Below are positions 58,401 through 64,000 of a DNA stretch of 64,000 nt, piece after piece (position 1 is the first letter of the stretch; every line of letters begins with the position of its first letter). The DNA lies in assembly GCA_964427735.1 (NCBI GenBank), contig CAYRUS010000002.1:131734-195733 (forward strand), given 5' to 3'. The notes under the pieces were generated by a model. It made no database searches. It saw only the letters and a program-made list of their open reading frames with translations, and had not been told where the DNA came from. Origin of the DNA: an uncultured Gammaproteobacteria bacterium. GTDB taxonomy: Bacteria > Patescibacteriota > Microgenomatia > UBA8517. The translations under genes were made by a program, and so were the position numbers.

Positions 58401-61295
58401 GCAGCAAATTCTACAAACACTGCAGAAAACTTTTATGATGGAAAAATTGATGATGTGAGAATTTACAACCGTGCATTTCTAATTTCCGAAATTACCAAAC
58501 TCTATCAATGGTCCCCCGGTCCTGTAGCTCACTGGAAATTAGACGAAGGGACAGGAACAATTGCAAATGATTCATCTACTTATATTAAAGGCGGAACGCT
58601 AGGTGGAGATGGTGTAGGAACTGACATCCCTACCTGGACTGATGGAAAATACTCCAAGGGACTTCATTTTGACGGCACAGATGACTATGTAGATGTAGGC
58701 ACTGAAATTGGATTTAGATACAGCTTTACTGCAATGGGGTGGATATATTTAGAAGAAGATCCTTCAGCTGGAGGTGATGATTGTGATACTCCGATTATAA
58801 ACAAGCAGGGCGATTTGAGTTCAAGAGATTTTGAACTACAAAACGAATGCGGGTCATGGCAGTTCAGAGTAGCTTCTTCAGACGGATCTGCAAATATTGA
58901 TTTATACGCTGATACGAATGCAAATGAAGATATCGGAGTCTGGACACACGTTGCAGGAGTATATGATTCTGAAAACCAGACGATGGACATATATATAAAT
59001 GGTGTTAAGTCAAATGGACTTTTAACTAATTCTGTACCATCCTCTATAAACAAAACTAACAATCCTGTTTGGTTGGGTGCAAGAGAAAGTGTAGGGTTTT
59101 TGGAGGGTAGGCTGGATGATATTAAACTTTATAATTATCCCCGATCTTCAAAACAAGTAATAGAAGATTTGAATGCAGGGACCCCTTCCCCCGGATCTCC
59201 TATAGGGTCAGCAGTAGCTAGATGGAAATTTGACGAAGGCTATGGAACTACTGCCTATGATTCAAATACCGAAAACGGTGACGCTCTAGACTTGACTTTA
59301 TCAACAGAAGACTCTGCATGGATAAATGATGGGAAGTTTGGAAAAGCATTTAGTGCAGGTGGATCTCGTTGGCTAACAAGAGCTGATGATGACCATCTGG
59401 ATTTCGAAGCAAGCGAAGATATGACAATAAGCTTTTGGCTCCGATCAACAATTGCCGCTGGAGGAAACCCAACTTCTACCGAATATATTATTAACAAACC
59501 ACCATCAGGAACTACAAACGGCGGCTATGCAATCTATGCTAATACTTCTGGTCAAATTTGCTTCGGAATTGACGATGATAATAGCAGTTTCCCAGAAGAT
59601 GAAACCTGCACTAGTGATGATATCTATGACAATGAATGGCATCACGTCACAGCTGTTAAAGATGGTGTTTCTAGCCTTAGAATGTATGTTGATGGCCGTC
59701 AAAACGGTAATCCTGACTTATCTATATCTGCAACAACAAATACTCTTGCAAACTCCTCAGACTTTTTTGTCGGGTCAGCAGATGCAGTAGACAATGACGA
59801 CGACTTTAACGGAGATCTGGATGAGATACAAATATTTAGATCTACACTAGATTCTAGTCAGGTCAAAATTCTTTATAATCAAGGTTTTGCACAAACAATG
59901 GGAACAACCAGTACAGATTCCTCTGGTGATGGCACATATTCTTCTAGTAATGAATATTGTCCTCCAGGATTTGAGTCTACCTGTGCTCCACCAATTGCTC
60001 ATTGGAAGATGGATGAAAATACAGGCACTATAGTAAATGATATTTCTGGCAACAATTTAACTGGCAATCTAACCTCCTCCCCTGCTACAGCCACATGGAC
60101 TCAAGGAGTAAAAGGTGCAGGACTAAAATTTAATGGAGTTGATACTGCAGAAGAATTTATTACTGTTCCAGATGCAGATAGTAGTATTGCTGACTTTGGT
60201 GCAAGTGATAGCTTCTCTATTAGTTTGTGGGTAAAAGGTGACACACTCACAGATCGCCAAGTATTAGTAGCTAACGATGGACCGGGATATCTGATTCAGA
60301 TTGGAGGAAGCGCCAACAGTGGATATGCTCTTTTCCAGGTTCGTGATGGAACTTTTACACCAACTGTCAACTCTGGCTCCACCTCAATTGGCGATAACAA
60401 ATGGCACCATGTGGTTGGCATTAGAGATAAATCTTCAACTCAGTTGCATATATATGTTGATGGAATTTTAAGAGGCGTCAGTACAGACACCACCACAGGT
60501 TCTCTAGATAATACTGCCGATATATTAATAGGTGGAACATTATCATTCCCTTCTCAAGCATATATGGATGATGTAAAAATTTTTGACTATGCTTTGACTC
60601 CTGCACAAGTAGCATGGGATTACAATAGAGGCGGTCCTGTGGGATGGTGGAAGTTTGATGAATGTGAAGGACCAACAGGTTATGATTCGAGTGGATTTGA
60701 AAACAACGGAACAATTAATCCTGGTGACTCCACTGGAGCTAATGACTCAGTGGGTACTTGTACAGGAGGTTCTGGAGAAATGAGATCCGAAGGTGCAAAT
60801 GGAAAAAGAAACACTTCTCTTGATTTTGATGGTACCAATGATAATGTAAGCATAACTGGTATTGGAGTATTTAATAATCTAACTCAGTTCACTACTTCTG
60901 CTTGGTTTAAATGGGATAGCACAGGTTCTCAACAAGTGATCGTTAACAAATCAACTTCTGCACACTTGTATATTAATTCCAGCAATATTTTAAGTAGTTT
61001 TATAGGTGGCTCAGAATGCTCGTCTGGTGTTTCAATTTCACAAGATGTTTGGTACTACGGCACTGTAACTTATGATAGTACTAATGTAAAAATATACGTT
61101 AATGGTAATCTTAAATCGACTTGCGCAAGAACAGCTACTACAGGAACTGGTGATTTAACAATTGGATCAGACAGTACGCCATCCCAATATTTTGACGGAC
61201 AGATTGATGATGTAAAAATTTATAACTATCCTCAGACAGTAAACCAAATAAGAGCATCAATGAATGAAGGAGCTGTAAGGTTTGGAAATAATTAG
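55446..61295 (+). CDS. giant (~1,950 aa) secreted/anchored protein built from at least six tandem LamG / concanavalin-A-like lectin (Laminin_G_3-type) domains plus an S/T/N-rich region
   Basis: Start is ambiguous: ATG 55446 overlaps the upstream stop by 11 nt, and ATG 55458 follows it directly. N-terminal 'MKKLKRLKIFRTKKQRLLALFMLVVFLGSIVLFNLIFIKDASA' is a signal/anchor. Repeated modules begin 'W(K/N)(F/L/M)DE(G)xG' and contain 'L(H/K)FDG(T/V)DDYV.V', 'F(T/S)(I/A)..W(V/I)', 'WHHV..V(Y/K)D', 'IY(I/V)(N/D)G' and 'G.(I/L)D(D/E)(V/I)(K/R)I(Y/F)N'. This is the canonical LamG_3 pattern. Confidence 0.8.
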   Translation: MSNKMKKLKRLKIFRTKKQRLLALFMLVVFLGSIVLFNLIFIKDASAAWWDDNWAYRVRVPVTNNTTTETDVYIVFDGDTLFIDTSDTNKFQADCGDLRFLKENGDLLPYRVVSGCGTANTEVHVNFDKFPTGSQNIYYYYGNPDAPDGFVTSSFSTEASDYTIGTPASEEKGPTPAIYLKFDEGYGTTAFDSSSNGNDGSISSARWKNKDYCIYGNCLFFDGIDDVVTVANANSIDFDSDLADGFTIGMWVRVNSDGESSTGEILDKGTNTYIKVHSEDTDGKADLEVKLDLTTTDANLNITDGITIDRWHHLSVIYDGNSSITVYIDGENSGSNTGSGSLETDTSDLLIGGDSANNFHGFIDEFKIYNYIRTANQIQSDIINLASDRGNSATFGTSNKFLSDGLMGYWNLDEESGNATDNSGHGVTLTNNNTTTLTGGKYGHSGDFESSNSNFFNAIQGSSSTVNTAIVRQNAPTTFGTQDFTSTGFGTPKAALFIMSEAPSEGSVTANASLSIGFTDGVSQFVNAVKSVDNVSPVDTFTQLSNAAVIEEGTTSSSRARASFDSWITDGVRINWASNSGGGNRLVTVILFGGDDLNAKVTSFTTNSTSGNSTNVDLGFVPDLAFFMTGSSGTSTISNAWTSFGFSSNTTPIVNSSVNIFSGDNISTSETFMFAHTNRAYLRMRSNASTVQHSAEVTGYISTPVQGIQVTTRDVNRSADIATLAFKFNDGAEFWAGMVDSPTTTGDHSVTSPGFEPSFVWQFMSNVTALNTKIDGVALGSSTFNSTTSYSNSMTDQDNVSTSVAKSLSESKAVKQNLQNNTTGFTGTLSSMDSSGWTINYTDTQSTSAKWPAMAIGGGNGGSQSATSHDHLNPPESLTISTWIKPESVTADTQFNIVGKWDSSEEGYLLAQYGDEIRMYINSNSNYVTTNSANLSTGVWYHITSIYDAQEQKVKIFINGNESPATTTGTIPSAITNTGGVFHIGAANSTNTAENFYDGKIDDVRIYNRAFLISEITKLYQWSPGPVAHWKLDEGTGTIANDSSTYIKGGTLGGDGVGTDIPTWTDGKYSKGLHFDGTDDYVDVGTEIGFRYSFTAMGWIYLEEDPSAGGDDCDTPIINKQGDLSSRDFELQNECGSWQFRVASSDGSANIDLYADTNANEDIGVWTHVAGVYDSENQTMDIYINGVKSNGLLTNSVPSSINKTNNPVWLGARESVGFLEGRLDDIKLYNYPRSSKQVIEDLNAGTPSPGSPIGSAVARWKFDEGYGTTAYDSNTENGDALDLTLSTEDSAWINDGKFGKAFSAGGSRWLTRADDDHLDFEASEDMTISFWLRSTIAAGGNPTSTEYIINKPPSGTTNGGYAIYANTSGQICFGIDDDNSSFPEDETCTSDDIYDNEWHHVTAVKDGVSSLRMYVDGRQNGNPDLSISATTNTLANSSDFFVGSADAVDNDDDFNGDLDEIQIFRSTLDSSQVKILYNQGFAQTMGTTSTDSSGDGTYSSSNEYCPPGFESTCAPPIAHWKMDENTGTIVNDISGNNLTGNLTSSPATATWTQGVKGAGLKFNGVDTAEEFITVPDADSSIADFGASDSFSISLWVKGDTLTDRQVLVANDGPGYLIQIGGSANSGYALFQVRDGTFTPTVNSGSTSIGDNKWHHVVGIRDKSSTQLHIYVDGILRGVSTDTTTGSLDNTADILIGGTLSFPSQAYMDDVKIFDYALTPAQVAWDYNRGGPVGWWKFDECEGPTGYDSSGFENNGTINPGDSTGANDSVGTCTGGSGEMRSEGANGKRNTSLDFDGTNDNVSITGIGVFNNLTQFTTSAWFKWDSTGSQQVIVNKSTSAHLYINSSNILSSFIGGSECSSGVSISQDVWYYGTVTYDSTNVKIYVNGNLKSTCARTATTGTGDLTIGSDSTPSQYFDGQIDDVKIYNYPQTVNQIRASMNEGAVRFGNN

Positions 61296-61433
61296 TTTTT
61301 TATGTTTATACCATTATTTAGGGAAAATATTAATTTATTGAACAAATAATGCAATTTATAATTTATATACTTTTGCTGTCAAATTTACTTGACATTCAGT
61401 CACCGAAACCAATATAGTTTATAAGCAGAGAAT

Positions 61434-63503
61434 ATGGAAAAAACAATTAAAGCAATTCGCCTTACCATACTTTATTCACTTATCTTTCTATTGCCAATAA
61501 CAGTTCTTCCTATTTCAGCAAACCCATTTGTAGTTAGCAAAATTGCTTTATTGGTTTTTGGAATTGCAGCTTTACTTATTCTAAGAGCAATAGAAGTTAT
61601 CCATTCTGGTAAATTGAAGTTTTCGTTATCATCTTATGATTTGCCTGTAGCAATCATAATCCTGGCTTATATTTTAAGTTCTGTTTTCCAAACACAAAAT
61701 ATTATGGATGCTGTTTTGCTTCCTGGAACAGCTACAGCAGTAGTTGCTGGAGGAATTCTTTTCTTTTTGATTAATCAAGAAAGCAAAACTGACAAATACA
61801 GAATAAAAATGGCATTAGTGATCTCATCAGCTTTATATGCATTGCTAACTTTTTTTGGATTTGCAAAAGTTTTTGCACTTATTCCTCAGTTACCAACCTT
61901 TTTGCAAAACCCCAACTTCACTCCTGAAGGAGGATATTTACCATCACTGGTATTCCTAGTTGCTTTATTGCCTATTGCAGTAACTACTTTTATTAAAGAG
62001 AAAGATCTTGTTAACAAGTCATTTTTAGGAGTAAGCATTGCAATAATGGTACTTGGAGTTGGTTTATCTATTTATCAGATACTACCTGGGCGACCCACTA
62101 CTCCACAACTAAGTCCTTATCAAACCAGTTGGTCTGTTGCTGTTGAAGTATTAAAGAGAGAACCGATTTTAGGAATCGGACCAGGAGACTATCTTACAGC
62201 TTTTAGCCGTTTTCGACCAATTGAATACAATGCCACTGATTTTTGGGCAATACGATTTTCTAGCGCAAGAAGCTTTTTCCTAACTTTGCTTACTGAAACA
62301 GGATTATTGGGTCTTGCAGGACTAGCAATTCTTCTTGTTGTTGTTTACAGAAATGTTAAGCAGCTCATTAAATCTGAAAAAATATATACTGAAAATTATG
62401 GAAGCTGGATTTCATTAATAATACTAATAGTATTACTTGCTCTTTTCCCCGCAACTGTTTTGATTACAACATTGTTTTTTGTCTTGCTATCATTCTCTGC
62501 CAAAACAACCAGAACAGAACTAACACTCACAGCTAAATCTGCACATTCTTCAGCTGCATCCAGATTCCCTGCTGTAATGATTACTCTACCAATATTTCTT
62601 CTAGTATTAGCTGGATTATATTACTCGATTGTCATATTAACAGCTGAATACCGATTCGCTAGAGCATTGTCTTATCTCTCTCAAAATAAAGTCCAGCCAA
62701 CAGTAAATACTTTAGTAAGCGCAATTAACCTTAACCCAAGTGTTGACAGATATCGTGCTACTTATGCTCGTGTTAACCTAGCTTTAGCAGATTCATTGGC
62801 AAGAAAAGAAGAAATAACTGACCAAGACAGAGAAACCCTTGCACAACTAGTCCAATTATCAATTTCTGAAGCAAAGTCTGCAGTAGCCGCTAACCCACTA
62901 CGAGCTGGAAACTGGGAAGTTCTAGGAAGAACCTACCAAGCAATAATTCCTGTTGCACAAGGAGCGGATGTGTTTGCTGCACAATCTATTCAACAAGCCG
63001 TTGCTTTAGATCCTTTAAACCCTAATTTAAGAATCGCTCTAGGAGGACTCTTTTATCAAGCAGAAAATTATAAGGAGGCAATAAAAATATTCGAATTGGC
63101 TGTTCAGGTAAAACCAGATCTTGCTAATGCTCACTACAATTTAGCACATGCTTACAAGCAAGATGGTCAACTAGAAAATGCAGTGAGAGAAATGACAGTT
63201 GTGTTATCTTTAATTGACAGCAGTTCACAAGACTACCAAATTGCTAAACAAGCACTGGAAGAAATGGAAAAAACACTCGAATCACAGAGCGAAAGCACTG
63301 AAACACCAAGTACAGAAGGCGGTGAAGAGCTTTCTGCTCCACCAGAAGGTGAAGATCCACTGTTAGACCCACAGCTTGAACTACCTGAGGATGCTGCACC
63401 ACCTGAAGCACCAGAAACAGATATACAATCTGATGGCGATAATGGTGCATCACCGTCACCATCGCCAAGCCCTACACCATCACCCAGTGCAAGTCCCAGA
63501 TAA
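61434..63503 (+). CDS. polytopic membrane protein of the O-antigen ligase / O-oligosaccharyltransferase (Wzy_C) family with C-terminal TPR repeats and a Pro/Ser tail
   Basis: About 12 TM segments; Wzy_C-type loop 'GIGPGDYLTAF...ARSFFLTLLTETGLLGLAG' (G-x-G-x-G ... [H/R]-[N/S]-x-[YF]-L ... E-x-G motif). C-terminal TPR-like helices 'AIKIFELAVQVKPDLANAHYNLAHAYKQDGQLENAV'. Ends 'SPSPSPTPSPSASPR'. Confidence 0.65.
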   Translation: MEKTIKAIRLTILYSLIFLLPITVLPISANPFVVSKIALLVFGIAALLILRAIEVIHSGKLKFSLSSYDLPVAIIILAYILSSVFQTQNIMDAVLLPGTATAVVAGGILFFLINQESKTDKYRIKMALVISSALYALLTFFGFAKVFALIPQLPTFLQNPNFTPEGGYLPSLVFLVALLPIAVTTFIKEKDLVNKSFLGVSIAIMVLGVGLSIYQILPGRPTTPQLSPYQTSWSVAVEVLKREPILGIGPGDYLTAFSRFRPIEYNATDFWAIRFSSARSFFLTLLTETGLLGLAGLAILLVVVYRNVKQLIKSEKIYTENYGSWISLIILIVLLALFPATVLITTLFFVLLSFSAKTTRTELTLTAKSAHSSAASRFPAVMITLPIFLLVLAGLYYSIVILTAEYRFARALSYLSQNKVQPTVNTLVSAINLNPSVDRYRATYARVNLALADSLARKEEITDQDRETLAQLVQLSISEAKSAVAANPLRAGNWEVLGRTYQAIIPVAQGADVFAAQSIQQAVALDPLNPNLRIALGGLFYQAENYKEAIKIFELAVQVKPDLANAHYNLAHAYKQDGQLENAVREMTVVLSLIDSSSQDYQIAKQALEEMEKTLESQSESTETPSTEGGEELSAPPEGEDPLLDPQLELPEDAAPPEAPETDIQSDGDNGASPSPSPSPTPSPSASPR

Positions 63504-63623
63504 TGTATTTCAAAAGAGCACAAACTGGCTAACGTCTTTTGATATTTCTTAAAATAAATAATTAGCTAAGCTTTTTGAATAATTTAGTCTATTTCTTCTT
63601 AAGACTACTCAATATAGATTTAT

Positions 63624-63980
63624 TTACCAATCCTCAAGCTCTGCTTTAGAAGCAGCTAGAATGATTGTGGCCGAGTAGGAACCGGGAATTGTATTTTGAG
63701 GTACTTCTATAGCCCAATATGTACTTGATGCAGAAGGTGATAAATCTGACAATGTCTTGGGACAATTTAACTCTATTTCGGTAGAATTGGTAGTAAGCGG
63801 AGTAGCTAATGCAAAGGGTGTAGAACTACTCATTGTGTACCTTTGACTAGATACGGGTATAACGTCTCCTTCATTGCTTGTCAGGTTACTTCCATAAACA
63901 GCTGCATCCAGACCCGTATTACCTGTTGCTCTGATAATAACTTCATTGTCTGTAAACTGAGTTCTCTTTCCTTGTATCAA
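63624..63980 (-). CDS. hypothetical Ser/Thr-rich protein, possibly N-terminally truncated by the window edge
   Basis: ORF reaches to within 20 nt of the window end; the true start may lie beyond nt 64000. Confidence 0.3.
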   Translation of the reverse strand: MIQGKRTQFTDNEVIIRATGNTGLDAAVYGSNLTSNEGDVIPVSSQRYTMSSSTPFALATPLTTNSTEIELNCPKTLSDLSPSASSTYWAIEVPQNTIPGSYSATIILAASKAELEDW

Positions 63981-64000
63981 AGTTCCATAGTTTAAAAAGC

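Noticed and set aside
56555-59062. Minus-strand ORFs inside the LamG-repeat gene (56555-56992, 57014-57478, 58685-59062)
   Set aside because: Same shadow-ORF reasoning; the plus-strand frame is continuous and domain-structured.

Overview
This is a 64 kb, AT-rich (roughly 35-38% GC by eye) stretch of bacterial chromosome, densely coded on both strands. It is read with the standard code; long intact ORFs such as the 893-aa LeuRS, 575-aa ArgRS and a 3985-aa ORF argue against UGA or UAG reassignment.

The housekeeping content is clear. It includes mreB, rsmI, ndk, an M16 peptidase, argS, leuS, gpmI, and an F1Fo ATP synthase block atpF-H-A-G-D-C that lacks adjacent atpB/atpE. There is a competence cluster of comEA plus a ComEC that is split into separate membrane-channel and metallo-beta-lactamase genes. 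tRNA-Arg(CCT) and tRNA-Pro(CGG) are also present.

The accessory content is as follows.
- (i) An IS200-like RAYT tyrosine transposase is bracketed by inverted copies of a ~45-nt palindromic REP-like element, and three further copies sit at gene 3' ends elsewhere in the window.
- (ii) An MerR/excisionase-type HTH (HTH_17-like) N-terminal module recurs three times: standalone, fused to an M20-peptidase-like domain with apparently degenerate catalytic motifs, and fused via one TM helix to the giant protein below.
- (iii) A 999-aa secreted multidomain enzyme carries a classical dockerin pair.
- (iv) A ~20 kb cell-surface island at 43.5-63.5 kb holds three genes. The first is a 3985-aa fibre-like protein that ends with a phage tail-spike-type intramolecular chaperone (peptidase S74-like) domain and contains near-identical intragenic DNA repeats. 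The second is a 1971-aa protein built of at least six tandem LamG/ConA-like lectin domains. The third is a polytopic Wzy_C (O-antigen ligase / O-oligosaccharyltransferase-like) protein with C-terminal TPR repeats.

Gene content suggests a small-genome, possibly episymbiotic (Patescibacteria/CPR-like) bacterium. The evidence is split ComEC, minimal operons, giant surface proteins and many HTH_17 proteins, but this is inference only. No CRISPR array, rRNA or obvious prophage body was seen.
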